Shown one piece after another: positions 33,699-42,678 of a DNA stretch of 56,590 nucleotides. How positions within the stretch are numbered: position 1 is the first letter of the stretch; every line of letters starts with the position of its first letter. A program made the position numbers and the translations under genes. Origin of the DNA: an uncultured Candidatus Saccharibacteria bacterium. Its GTDB lineage: Bacteria > Patescibacteriota > Saccharimonadia > Saccharimonadales > UBA7683. The notes under the pieces are model-generated. The model made no database searches. It saw only the letters and a program-made list of their open reading frames with translations, and was not told the origin of the DNA. The stretch lies in the NCBI GenBank assembly GCA_964397855.1, contig CAYNKQ010000001.1, positions 104,046 to 160,635 of the forward strand, in the 5' to 3' direction.

Positions 33699-35345
33699 AT
33701 GACGAGAGAGACACATAAACATTCAAAAAACCCCACTGAACCTGAGACAGTAAATCAGACTGTACTTGAGAGCCCTGAAGCTCCGCAACAAGCTGCTCAA
33801 GAGTTATCCGCGCAAGCTGGGGCGGTTGTGAACGCCAAAGCACAAGAACCGGCCCAAGTTGAAGCAGTCGAGCCGCAGGTTGCTGCTAGTTCAGTTGCGG
33901 CTGTAACTCATTCCAGCGCAAAGCCCAGAAGCAAGAACCCCAAACTGCCAGTTATTAAAGTGCAGAAACGCTGGGTCAAGATTACAGGCCTGGTTGTTGG
34001 CGTATTCGCAGTCACGGCCCTCGCTATCAGTGGCGGTGCAAGCCAGTACTACAAAAACAAAACACTCCCAAATGTCTACGTTGCAGGCGTTAAAAGTAGT
34101 GCCAAGAGCTCCGAACAGCTGAAGAATCAGCTTAGTCAACAAAAGCAGCAGCTAAAGTTTTCATTTAAAAATGAAGACAAAACGTTTGAGCCAAAATTTG
34201 AAGAAATCGGTTTTCAGATTGACGTTGATAAAACCGTAGAGGCAGCACTGCGTGCTAAACGAGAGCAAGGTTTATTTACAAAGATTGCCTTTTGGCGAGA
34301 ATCTTCAGTTCCGGCCTCAGTTGCCATCAACGACACGCTCTTTAGTCAGTATATAGAGGCAAATACTCCAAATCTCAGCAAAGTTCCACAAGACGCCCAA
34401 CTTAAGTTTGATACTGAGCAAGGTCTGTTTGTAGTTACGTCGCAAGCTGATGGTCAGAGCGCCGACTTGAATAAGATTAAGCAAGAACTCTATGCAGTTT
34501 CAAGTAATCTCACCTCCCGAACATTCAATGTAGGAGTAACCAAAAAAGGTCCTGCAATTACAGAAGCGAAACTTACTCCGCTACTCAAGCCCGCAAATGC
34601 AATTATCGGCAGGAAGGTTGTACTCACTGGTCTTGGTTACACCTATCAGGCAAAACCCTCGGAAATCGCCGGATGGCTTACTCCGACCCCACAAGAAGAT
34701 GGCACAATTAAGCTAGCAATAGATAACTCAAAAGTTCAAAGCTACGTAGATTCAATTAGCAAACGTATCGCCAACGCTCCAGTAGACAAAAAAGTGCTTC
34801 GTGATGAAGCGACTGGTGCGGAAGTCGTTATTCAACAGGGAAGAGATGGCACCGAGCTTGAAGATAAGCAGGCACTCTCACGCGCTGTTACTGAAGCCCT
34901 AAAATCAGGCCAAGATACCACTCAGACAATGAATATCACGACTGCCGCATACCAAACAATCAACATGAACGCATATGAGAAGTGGATAGAAGTTGACATC
35001 AGTGAGCAGCGTACAACTGCCTACGAGCGCGCTACTCCAGTAAACAACTTCTTAATTGCATCAGGCACTAAGGGCCACGAGACCGTACTTGGTGAGTTTG
35101 CTATTTGGCACAAAGTCCGTTCGCAGACGATGCAGGGTGGATCAAAGGCGTCGGGAGACTACTACAGTATTCCTAACGTAGAATGGGTGAGTTATTTTTA
35201 CAAAGACTATGCACTTCATGGGGCCTGGTGGCGTGAAAAGTTTGGCGCGCCAGCTAGTCATGGCTGTGTGAATATGACAAACGCAGATGCTAAATGGATA
35301 TTTGACTGGGCTCCAATGGGGACAAAAGTAATCGTTCATGCATAA
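33699..35345 (+). CDS. Membrane-anchored L,D-transpeptidase (YkuD domain) with N-terminal PG-binding/VanW-like region
   Basis: TM ITGLVVGVFAVTALAISG. C-terminal YkuD block ...HETVLGEFAIWHK...GAPASHGCVNM with the catalytic Cys. ATG 33699; the track start 33693 is TTG. Confidence 0.85.
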   Translation: MTRETHKHSKNPTEPETVNQTVLESPEAPQQAAQELSAQAGAVVNAKAQEPAQVEAVEPQVAASSVAAVTHSSAKPRSKNPKLPVIKVQKRWVKITGLVVGVFAVTALAISGGASQYYKNKTLPNVYVAGVKSSAKSSEQLKNQLSQQKQQLKFSFKNEDKTFEPKFEEIGFQIDVDKTVEAALRAKREQGLFTKIAFWRESSVPASVAINDTLFSQYIEANTPNLSKVPQDAQLKFDTEQGLFVVTSQADGQSADLNKIKQELYAVSSNLTSRTFNVGVTKKGPAITEAKLTPLLKPANAIIGRKVVLTGLGYTYQAKPSEIAGWLTPTPQEDGTIKLAIDNSKVQSYVDSISKRIANAPVDKKVLRDEATGAEVVIQQGRDGTELEDKQALSRAVTEALKSGQDTTQTMNITTAAYQTINMNAYEKWIEVDISEQRTTAYERATPVNNFLIASGTKGHETVLGEFAIWHKVRSQTMQGGSKASGDYYSIPNVEWVSYFYKDYALHGAWWREKFGAPASHGCVNMTNADAKWIFDWAPMGTKVIVHA

Positions 35346-35363
35346 TGTTGGTAAAGGGATGGG

Positions 35364-37115
35364 ATGAAGCAGCAGAATCAGACAATAAGTGAGCTACGCG
35401 AAACAGAAGAACCGCTCGAACATCACACGGATGTTGAGCTTGATTTTGACGAAGCCGATCTAGAAGATGTTGAAATTTCAGACTCAAGTCTAGAAGAAGA
35501 CGACAAGAAGATGGCGGCAGCACGCAAAGAAGCCAAAAAAACCGCCAAGAAGATACGCACACCTGAAGAAAAAAAGAAACTTCGTATCAAAAAGGCATTG
35601 ATTGGCACTGGGCTGGCTATTATTCTGATATTTGTTTTGTTAGCCATCCCGCTTACTCGTTGGCCGATACTTAATGTTATCGGGTTTAGGGGTAAACTAG
35701 TGGTTACTATTTCTGAGGATAGTTCAAAAAAACCAGTCTTTGGCGCATACGTAAGACTGTCTGACGGCACTCAGTTAACCACCGACACATATGGAAGAGT
35801 CGCATTTGTTGACGCCAAGTTGGGCAAGCAGGAGGTGGTGATACAGAAGACTGGTTATGGTGAGAAACGAGTAACGTTTACCAATGGCGTCGGCACAACT
35901 CAAGGAGCAGCTTTACTAAAGTCGATTGGAATAAAAATAGATTTTGATATTAAAGACTGGCTTTCAGGTGACGCCGTTTCCGGTGCCACGGCAACTTACG
36001 GTAAAGCCACGGCAACCAGTGATAAGACAGGGAGGGTAAGTTTGGTTATTCCGCCAACAGACATTCCAAAGGTAGACGTAGAGCTTTCTGCACCGGGTTA
36101 TATCGCCAAGACTATTAGCACGGAGACTAATGTAGAGAGTCGCGAGGTTTCGCTTGTGTCAGCGCAGAAGAACTATTTTATCAGTAAGCGAGACGGAAAG
36201 TTTGATATATTTTCCAGCAACCTTGATGGTACGGCTCAGCAAAAAATAGTTGAAGCGACTGGTAAGGAGGAAGAATCTTTACTTCAGTTCACAATCAACA
36301 AGAACAACAAGCAGGCAATACTGGTTTCTAATCGTGACGGTAAAATTCAGGGCGGTAAGGTGGTGGCTGGTGTCTATCTGATTGATCTAGAAAAGTCAGC
36401 AATCAAAAAGATTGATGAGGGCAGCGATGTTCAGTTGCTTGACTGGAGCGAGAGCACTCTTGCGTATACAAAAACTGAAGCAGCACTCAATTATGATGAT
36501 CCTGCTCTGAGCCGTATCGTGAGCTACAACATTGCCACGTCAAAGTTAGCTCAGATTGCTCAATCAAATTATTTCCCGCTTAGTATCGTGGCGCAGAACA
36601 AACTATTCTTTATGCCTGCAGATGCATATCGATCGATCGATAATGCCAGTCTTACCAGTATCGATCTTGGCAACGGTGTAAAAAAGACATATCTCACCGA
36701 TCGGCAAATTGGGTACGGTGTTAGAGTAAGTTACAATACGATTGAATTGCAAGATAGCGGTGGTGCTAACTTCGAACTACAGGTTGGTAGCGGTAGCACC
36801 AGGGCCATTGATAGACGCCCGGGCGCGCAGCTTTCGTTTGCGGCAAATCCAAGTGGCCAGAATGTTATTTGGAGTGATCGTCGCGACGGTCAAGGGGCGC
36901 TACTTGTGAAAAACCTAAAAGCTAACGATGAAAAAGTGGTGCTCAAGGCCGGGGGACTGACCGCGCCCGTTCGTTACGTAACAGATACACTAGCCGTTGT
37001 TCGCATAGCAACAAGTGAAGAAACTGCAGACTATGTTGTTAACACCAACTCTGGTAAGATTGCTAAAATCGTAGACGTCTCAAATATCGGAATACTTCGT
37101 CAGCCTGGCTTGTAG
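35364..37115 (+). CDS. Membrane-anchored protein with CarboxypepD_reg-like domains and TolB/PD40-like beta-propeller
   Basis: Acidic N-terminus, TM GTGLAIILIFVLLAI, Ig-like blocks (KLVVTISEDSSKKPVFGAYVRLSDG...) and PD40-like repeats (FISKRDGKFDIFSSNLDG; ILVSNRDGK). Confidence 0.7.
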   Translation: MKQQNQTISELRETEEPLEHHTDVELDFDEADLEDVEISDSSLEEDDKKMAAARKEAKKTAKKIRTPEEKKKLRIKKALIGTGLAIILIFVLLAIPLTRWPILNVIGFRGKLVVTISEDSSKKPVFGAYVRLSDGTQLTTDTYGRVAFVDAKLGKQEVVIQKTGYGEKRVTFTNGVGTTQGAALLKSIGIKIDFDIKDWLSGDAVSGATATYGKATATSDKTGRVSLVIPPTDIPKVDVELSAPGYIAKTISTETNVESREVSLVSAQKNYFISKRDGKFDIFSSNLDGTAQQKIVEATGKEEESLLQFTINKNNKQAILVSNRDGKIQGGKVVAGVYLIDLEKSAIKKIDEGSDVQLLDWSESTLAYTKTEAALNYDDPALSRIVSYNIATSKLAQIAQSNYFPLSIVAQNKLFFMPADAYRSIDNASLTSIDLGNGVKKTYLTDRQIGYGVRVSYNTIELQDSGGANFELQVGSGSTRAIDRRPGAQLSFAANPSGQNVIWSDRRDGQGALLVKNLKANDEKVVLKAGGLTAPVRYVTDTLAVVRIATSEETADYVVNTNSGKIAKIVDVSNIGILRQPGL

Positions 37116-37145
37116 TCACTGAATAATTACGGTATCTTCAAGGGT

Positions 37146-37985
37146 ATGTTGACAGAACTCCCAACCAGCGAGCAGCTGACTGATTTTCAAAATATAGTTT
37201 GGCGATATTACAGAGATCACGGAAGAGATTCGCTGCCGTGGCGCTCTCCCGCCAAAGCTGGTGAGATTGATCCGTATCACGTTTTGGTCTCTGAACTAAT
37301 GTTACAACAGACACAGGTTAAGAGGGTTGAATCCAAATTCCATGAATTCTTATCTGTATTTCCAACCATTACATCCTTATCTCAAGCGCCACTTTCACGG
37401 GTGCTGATTCTGTGGTCGGGGCTTGGGTATAATCGGAGGGCTAAATTTCTTCATGCATCTGCGCAGGAGATCGTACGTCGCTACAATGGTCATGTACCGC
37501 GTACCACCAAAGAACTCGTCGAACTACCCGGTATAGGACCAAACACTGCTGCTGCCATTGTTGCTTATAGTTTTAATGAACCGGTGGTTTTTATTGAAAC
37601 TAATATTCGCGCAGTATTCATCCATCATTTTTTTGCTGAAGTTGATCAAATTATAGATTCTCAGATCCTAGAGCTTGTTGAGGCAACGTTGGACGTTGCT
37701 GACCCAAGGCAGTGGTATTGGGCGTTGATGGACTACGGTAGTCATCTAAAAGCCACCCTGCCCAATCCGAGTCGCCGTAGCAAGCATCACACTGTTCAGA
37801 GTTCGTTTGCTGGTTCCCGCCGCCAGGTTAGGGGGCAGGTGCTTAAGTTATTACTTGAAGAGCCCCTGACTCTTGAGGCGCTCAAGCTTGAAATTATAGA
37901 CGAGCGACTTGATTCAGTTCTAGCTGACCTCCTAAAAGAAGAATTAATTAGCTTGTCTGACACTACGTATGTACTAGGAAAGTGA
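37146..37985 (+). CDS. HhH-GPD base-excision glycosylase, MutY-like, without an Fe-S cluster
   Basis: LPWR...DPYHVLVSELMLQQTQVKRV...WSGLGYNRRAKFLH...LPGIGPNTAAAIVAYSF...LMDYG is MutY-like throughout. The protein contains no cysteine at all. Confidence 0.75.
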   Translation: MLTELPTSEQLTDFQNIVWRYYRDHGRDSLPWRSPAKAGEIDPYHVLVSELMLQQTQVKRVESKFHEFLSVFPTITSLSQAPLSRVLILWSGLGYNRRAKFLHASAQEIVRRYNGHVPRTTKELVELPGIGPNTAAAIVAYSFNEPVVFIETNIRAVFIHHFFAEVDQIIDSQILELVEATLDVADPRQWYWALMDYGSHLKATLPNPSRRSKHHTVQSSFAGSRRQVRGQVLKLLLEEPLTLEALKLEIIDERLDSVLADLLKEELISLSDTTYVLGK

Positions 37986-37989
37986 TACA

Positions 37990-38547
37990 ATGACAGATGT
38001 GAAATTCCGCGTTATATTACTGGTTATTGCCCTTGTCTCCGTTTTTACGGTAGCAAATGTTTCTGCTCAAGAATCTGCACCACAGACTACTCAGGAGTTC
38101 ATTGCTCAGCGCTGTCAGCTCACACAGAACTACATAAAAGATATTCAGAAGCCGCGTGACCTTCGGGCCCGAGTTGATCGCCTGCAAGCCTACAGATACA
38201 TCTACCAGCGACTCGACATGTTCACAAAACGCCTTGAACGTAACAAGCAGCCAGAAGCCGAAAACTTGCGCGCAAGCCTTGATGATTTTAGTAAAAATAT
38301 AGAGCAATTCAAGATCAGCTATGAGCAGTATGATGCAGCTAGAGAGAGTCTTACAAAAGTACAAAACTGTAGAAATAACATAACCTCGTTTCAAACAAAG
38401 CTGGAAGACACTCGCACCAAGCGCCAAGCCGTAAATGACAGTGTTGTGGCGATTGAAGGTATATTAAGTCCAACGGTAAAAGGCCAGCTGGCCACGCTTT
38501 ACCAAGGGCTTTTGGCAACTGGCAAGACTGGAGTACTCAGTGAGTGA
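37990..38547 (+). CDS. Secreted coiled-coil hypothetical protein
   Basis: Signal peptide VILLVIALVSVFTVANVSA. The rest is helical, with Q/K/R-rich heptad-like sequence and two Cys. Confidence 0.6.
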   Translation: MTDVKFRVILLVIALVSVFTVANVSAQESAPQTTQEFIAQRCQLTQNYIKDIQKPRDLRARVDRLQAYRYIYQRLDMFTKRLERNKQPEAENLRASLDDFSKNIEQFKISYEQYDAARESLTKVQNCRNNITSFQTKLEDTRTKRQAVNDSVVAIEGILSPTVKGQLATLYQGLLATGKTGVLSE

Positions 38548-38914
38548 TCAACCTGCCACAGTAGTGCCCGAGCCAAAGCAGACTCGGTGGAAGCCGCAAC
38601 TTAATCTTACTGCGGCAATTGCCATCGCCATTTTTGTTGCTTGTTGTATTGTGGCGGTCGCTTATGCGATGTACTGGAACGATTCTAACCGCAAATATGA
38701 TATTGCACGAGGTGGCGAAAAAGCCAACCAGGCACTTGCAGTTGAAGACGAAGAAGCCGACACAACGAGTCCAGTTACACCAGCTGCTGCTCAGAATAAA
38801 ATAGAATATCTCACTAAAGAACTTACTGCACTCAACAGTCTCAACAGGTTCAATGCCGATGATCTAAGTGATCAAAGTATTCAGCTAGTTCCATCAGACC
38901 AACCGTCGCTCTAG
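38540..38914 (+). CDS. Small single-pass membrane protein
   Basis: GTG start overlaps the upstream gene by 8 nt. TM LTAAIAIAIFVACCIVAVAYAMYW. Confidence 0.55.
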   Translation: MSDQPATVVPEPKQTRWKPQLNLTAAIAIAIFVACCIVAVAYAMYWNDSNRKYDIARGGEKANQALAVEDEEADTTSPVTPAAAQNKIEYLTKELTALNSLNRFNADDLSDQSIQLVPSDQPSL

Positions 38915-38919
38915 GTGTT

Positions 38920-39774
38920 TTACTTTTTCTGTTTGTGGTCGAAGTTGCCGTGTGTACTTATGAGCACCGCAAGCCTCTTTCTTAGCTCAGAAGAGACTCT
39001 CCACTGTTCGTTTGGTATCGTTTTTGCGCGGACCTCAATAGTCACATGGTCATTTTCAAGAGTCTGCACTCCGTGGAAGTAAGGTGCTTGAATCAGGTTT
39101 TTGTGCCAGACCTCTTCCTTATTCATGGTGGCGCCGAGTGCATTGATCATCTTCTCTGCAGTATCAAAATCTGCAGTCAGCGGTAGCGTAAGTTCAACAT
39201 TAATTTTAGCGTAGTCGAGTGTTTGATTGGCAGCTCTTGCTATATTCCCATTTGGTATGAAGTGAATTGCTCCGTCGTTATCCCTGAGTACCGTTGTCCT
39301 GAGTGTAATACGGACTACCGTGCCTTCAACGTCGCCCCCTACAAGTGTTGTTATAGAAGCAAAGTCACCAACTCGATACTGGTTATCGGCTACAATAAAC
39401 ATACCGCTTATAAAATCTTTTACAAAGGCTTGAATTCCAAAACCAAGCACAAGGCTAATTGCCACTGCACTACCAAAGAGAGGGGCTAAATACGCAATTA
39501 TTCCAAGCTCAGAGAGCACCGTTACTAAGGCGGCTGTCCAGGTTACAAACTTAATGATTGAACCCACAAGGCTCGTTAGCGTGTCGGCTCGTAACTTACG
39601 GTCTCGGGCATTTTCAAAACGCCCAGAAGACTCAACACCGCTCGTAACAATGCGTCCGAAAAACTTAGCACCAAATCTTTGTACTAAGCCAGCAATGATA
39701 ACTATCAAAAGGATCTTCCAGCCATGATCCGAGAACCAGCTCTGGCTCGCTGTAAGTACTGTGTCGAAGTTCAT
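38920..39774 (-). CDS. mscS: Small-conductance mechanosensitive channel (MscS family)
   Basis: Three TM helices followed by FISGMFIVADNQYRVGDFASI...GTVVRITLRTTVLRDNDGAIHFIPNG, the MscS beta-domain signature. TATACT lies 6 nt before the ATG. Confidence 0.85.
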   Translation of the reverse strand: MNFDTVLTASQSWFSDHGWKILLIVIIAGLVQRFGAKFFGRIVTSGVESSGRFENARDRKLRADTLTSLVGSIIKFVTWTAALVTVLSELGIIAYLAPLFGSAVAISLVLGFGIQAFVKDFISGMFIVADNQYRVGDFASITTLVGGDVEGTVVRITLRTTVLRDNDGAIHFIPNGNIARAANQTLDYAKINVELTLPLTADFDTAEKMINALGATMNKEEVWHKNLIQAPYFHGVQTLENDHVTIEVRAKTIPNEQWRVSSELRKRLAVLISTHGNFDHKQKK

Positions 39775-39919
39775 GTAGTGAGTATAGCAAATTTCTCATG
39801 GTTAGTATGTAGCCGCCCATCTGTTATTATTGAAGTATGAAAACATATGACTCATTTACGCCAGAGGTGGCGGCTACTTTAGCGGACGACAGAGTTGGTG
39901 TAACCAGAGAGGATAAAGA

Positions 39920-40627
39920 GTGAAAGTAAACAACGAAATAGATACCACTGGCTTATTCATCACCCGCAAACGTAAACTGTGGAAGTTTGCACACTTCGAC
40001 AGCTACCCGAACTGCTTCTCGCATGCTCGTAAGGACGACGGCCAAAGAACATACGAAAACTTGCTTTCTTATCTTCCAAACTTAGAAGACGGAAAGAGAC
40101 AGCTGGTGTTAGAAATCGCTGCAGGTAATGCTCAGTTCAGTCTTCAGCTCGCGAAAAAATACCCTGAAGTAAACTTCGTTGCTGCTGATATTAAGTCAGA
40201 TCGTTTATATACGAGCGCTAAGCAGGCTCTTGAAGAGGGCGTAGAGAACATCGCGTTTGTACGGATGAGTATCAATGAAGTCGAAAATGTGTTTCCGGAA
40301 AATTCAGTTGAAACACTTTGGTTAACGTTTCCAGATCCGTTTATGCGCAAACGTAGTATTCGAAGGCGGTTAAGTCATCCATTGTTTTTGCGACAGTATC
40401 TCAAATTATTAAGTAAGACGGGGAAACTAAAATTCAAAACCGATAACCGTGACCTGTTTTTATGGAGTCTAGAGCAACTTGTGGCCGAAAAGTGGCGATT
40501 TGAAGAGCTTACATTTGATCTTCATGAATCCGACCTTTCGGAAGACTACAAAATAATGACCTACTATGAAAAAAAGTTTATGGCAGAAGGTTTTTCTATT
40601 AATTTTTGCAGTGTCGTTCAGGGATAA
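39920..40627 (+). CDS. trmB: tRNA (guanine46-N7)-methyltransferase
   Basis: VLEIAAGNAQFSLQLAKKYPEVNFVAADIK (SAM motif) and TLWLTFPDPF...KRRL. GTG start after GAGAGGA. Confidence 0.8.
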   Translation: MKVNNEIDTTGLFITRKRKLWKFAHFDSYPNCFSHARKDDGQRTYENLLSYLPNLEDGKRQLVLEIAAGNAQFSLQLAKKYPEVNFVAADIKSDRLYTSAKQALEEGVENIAFVRMSINEVENVFPENSVETLWLTFPDPFMRKRSIRRRLSHPLFLRQYLKLLSKTGKLKFKTDNRDLFLWSLEQLVAEKWRFEELTFDLHESDLSEDYKIMTYYEKKFMAEGFSINFCSVVQG

Positions 40628-40642
40628 CTAGTAAATTATCGT

Positions 40643-41047
40643 CTACACTTCCATCCAATGAAGCGCATAGAGATCACTGGTGTCTGTAGCAGCAGGTGCA
40701 GCCCATACGGCACTAGTACCATCTGTTTGTAGTATTTCTCCGCTGTGTCCTGTCTGATCGGGCAAGAGTGCCTGCAGCGCGTTGGCGGCCGTCGTCTGTC
40801 CTGTGCCACCCTGGGCAATTGGTAATGCGTTTGCTAACGAAACTGAAGTCACGATTGGTGCCTCTGCGGTACCACTGAGATCACCACTAAGTTTCACCAC
40901 ACCTTTTGTGTTTGTAGTGGCATCAGCCACTGTCGGCTGTGGACTTGTCTTAAGGGTTCCGTCTGGGTTGTGGGCAACGTGCAAAAAATCGTTAAGAACA
41001 GCTCCCCACGTACCAACGTCTTGGCCAGGTTGTGGAAGTCGCGCCAT
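40643..41047 (-). CDS. Phage tail-fibre-like protein (N-terminal-type module only)
   Basis: MARLPQPGQDVGTWGAVLNDFL... and LPIAQGGTGQTTAANALQALLP are motifs I associate with phage tail-fibre or minor-tail proteins. Its start overlaps the end of the upstream small gene. Confidence 0.6.
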   Translation of the reverse strand: MARLPQPGQDVGTWGAVLNDFLHVAHNPDGTLKTSPQPTVADATTNTKGVVKLSGDLSGTAEAPIVTSVSLANALPIAQGGTGQTTAANALQALLPDQTGHSGEILQTDGTSAVWAAPAATDTSDLYALHWMEV

Positions 41048-41048
41048 T

Positions 41049-41300
41049 TTACTGGATCACCTTTGCACTGATGAGGGGGTTCTTTGGGGGAATACCAGAA
41101 TAGCCGCTCCATCCGTAAGCACCAAGTTGAGGTCCAGGCTGTGAGGTCTTCTGAGGTAAGGACGTAGTCGCGCCATTAAGAGCTTTGAATATAAAAGGGA
41201 TGCCTACAACAGCCAGTAAAGCCATACCAATATGCATTAAAAATTGCCGACGTGTCATTTCGGTTTCTAGCAGGGTTTGAAATTTCTGCAACTCTAACAT
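41049..41300 (-). CDS. Small protein with twin-arginine-like signal/anchor
   Basis: ...EMTRRQFLMHIGMALLAVVGIPFIF matches the Tat motif (S/T-R-R-x-F-L) followed by an h-region. The C-terminus is Gly/Tyr/Pro-rich. Confidence 0.55.
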   Translation of the reverse strand: MLELQKFQTLLETEMTRRQFLMHIGMALLAVVGIPFIFKALNGATTSLPQKTSQPGPQLGAYGWSGYSGIPPKNPLISAKVIQ

Positions 41301-41338
41301 TTTGTTTTCCGTTTTTGTATTTTTAGTACCTATTGGTC

Positions 41339-41367
41339 AGTATAATAGGCTGCTGGGGTACTGTCAA
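41339..41367 (-). promoter_or_regulatory. Near-consensus sigma70 promoter internal to the operon
   Basis: The minus strand reads TTGACA, then a 17-nt spacer (gtaccccagcagcctat), then TATACT, about 38 nt upstream of ATG 41300. Confidence 0.6.
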
Positions 41368-41372
41368 CATGC

Positions 41373-42671
41373 TTATGTGTAGTTTATAGTGTAGATTAAT
41401 TTGAGGGTTTGGGTGTTATTTTTTACCACGGGGGTTGGCAAAAGCGCCCTTGTCCCCATTCCATCAAGCTGGCACGTCGACATACTGTAGCTAGAGCCGT
41501 CACCGTCTCTTAAGCAGAACACGAACTGGCTGGACGAAACCATATCAAAATCTCCACTACCACCGTTCCAATAACTGTATCCAAGATTTGTAGTGTAATT
41601 GGCGCTGCTGGGCACGTAGGCATGCATAGACACCTCAACGCCCGATGGCTTACCAGTTGAATCCCACGCTTGTATGCCAGATGTTGTCACACTGTTGACG
41701 AAGCGTCTTACCCAAAGCAAGTTTTTATATTTATCCCAAGCTATACCAGACACACCATTTGAGGGCGGTGTGCTAAAGGAAAAGTTGCTGACATCTGTGC
41801 CATCAGTAGGGCTTAGTTTCCAAGCGGTGTAATTATTGCTGCCATTATCAGTAATTGACCATAAATTGCTGCCATCGTGAGCAAGAAAACTGTAGGCACG
41901 GCTTGTTGGTGTAAACGGACCAGTTTGAAGCACCCCGCTAGCATTGTAGGCTGCGATGCGACGATCCGAGCCGTTGTCACCTATTACCCATAAAAAACTA
42001 TTTGTGCCATCCCACGCTATGCCACGAATCGCGCTGAACTGCCCATTTACATTAAACGTTGTTGTTTGGGCGTACGTTGTTGCATCAAGCACGTAGATTA
42101 TTGTATTACCAGTATTGCCAAAAGCCTGTGTAGGGTTCGCCTGCGTAAACCGTGTCCACCATGCGGGTGTTGCATTTGTTTTCTGTTGTGTCATTGTTTG
42201 GGTGAAAACGGGCATAGTAGCTGACTCAACTCGTTGTTGTGAGTCTATCCAGCCTACCGAACCAATAGTGCCATTAGCCGCGTGTGTTGGCCAGTCAAAC
42301 ACCCATTTAACGTGATCTGGCGTGGCCTCAATTTGGGTGGGGGCAGCAGTACCGCGCCATATGTCGGTTCCTGCATAGGTACTCTTAAGAGCGTATCCTA
42401 CGGTCTTGCCATACATAAACGATTCATTTGCGGGGTCTTCTGGCAGGGTTGAATCGGTTAATACAACGGCATTTGCTGCCCAGTGTGGCTGATAATCAGT
42501 ATCCACCCCTCCGAGCGCACCGAGCCCCGTCTTAAATGCATTACGTTGTTGCCAGGCACCATTAGCTATTGTTTGATTTGCAGCAAAGTTGTGAGTCACA
42601 CATTTTTGTAGTTCCCCAGTGTGTGCGTTGCGAAGTTCTAGAGTGATAGTACTGGTATAAGGCTGCTTCAT
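41373..42671 (-). CDS. Tail-fibre/adhesin-like protein, paralog 2 (conserved N-domain + repeat-rich, propeller-like C-domain)
   Basis: 432 aa. The N-domain shares DTDY...LTDS...EDPA...KWVFDWPTHAANGTIGSVGW with 42679..44016. The C-domain carries recurring blade-like units (IRGIAWDGTNSFLWVIGDNGS, YSFLAHDGSNLWSITDNGS, VSGIAWDKYKNLLWV). Confidence 0.75.
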   Translation of the reverse strand: MKQPYTSTITLELRNAHTGELQKCVTHNFAANQTIANGAWQQRNAFKTGLGALGGVDTDYQPHWAANAVVLTDSTLPEDPANESFMYGKTVGYALKSTYAGTDIWRGTAAPTQIEATPDHVKWVFDWPTHAANGTIGSVGWIDSQQRVESATMPVFTQTMTQQKTNATPAWWTRFTQANPTQAFGNTGNTIIYVLDATTYAQTTTFNVNGQFSAIRGIAWDGTNSFLWVIGDNGSDRRIAAYNASGVLQTGPFTPTSRAYSFLAHDGSNLWSITDNGSNNYTAWKLSPTDGTDVSNFSFSTPPSNGVSGIAWDKYKNLLWVRRFVNSVTTSGIQAWDSTGKPSGVEVSMHAYVPSSANYTTNLGYSYWNGGSGDFDMVSSSQFVFCLRDGDGSSYSMSTCQLDGMGTRALLPTPVVKNNTQTLKLIYTINYT

Positions 42672-42678
42672 AGTGCTC

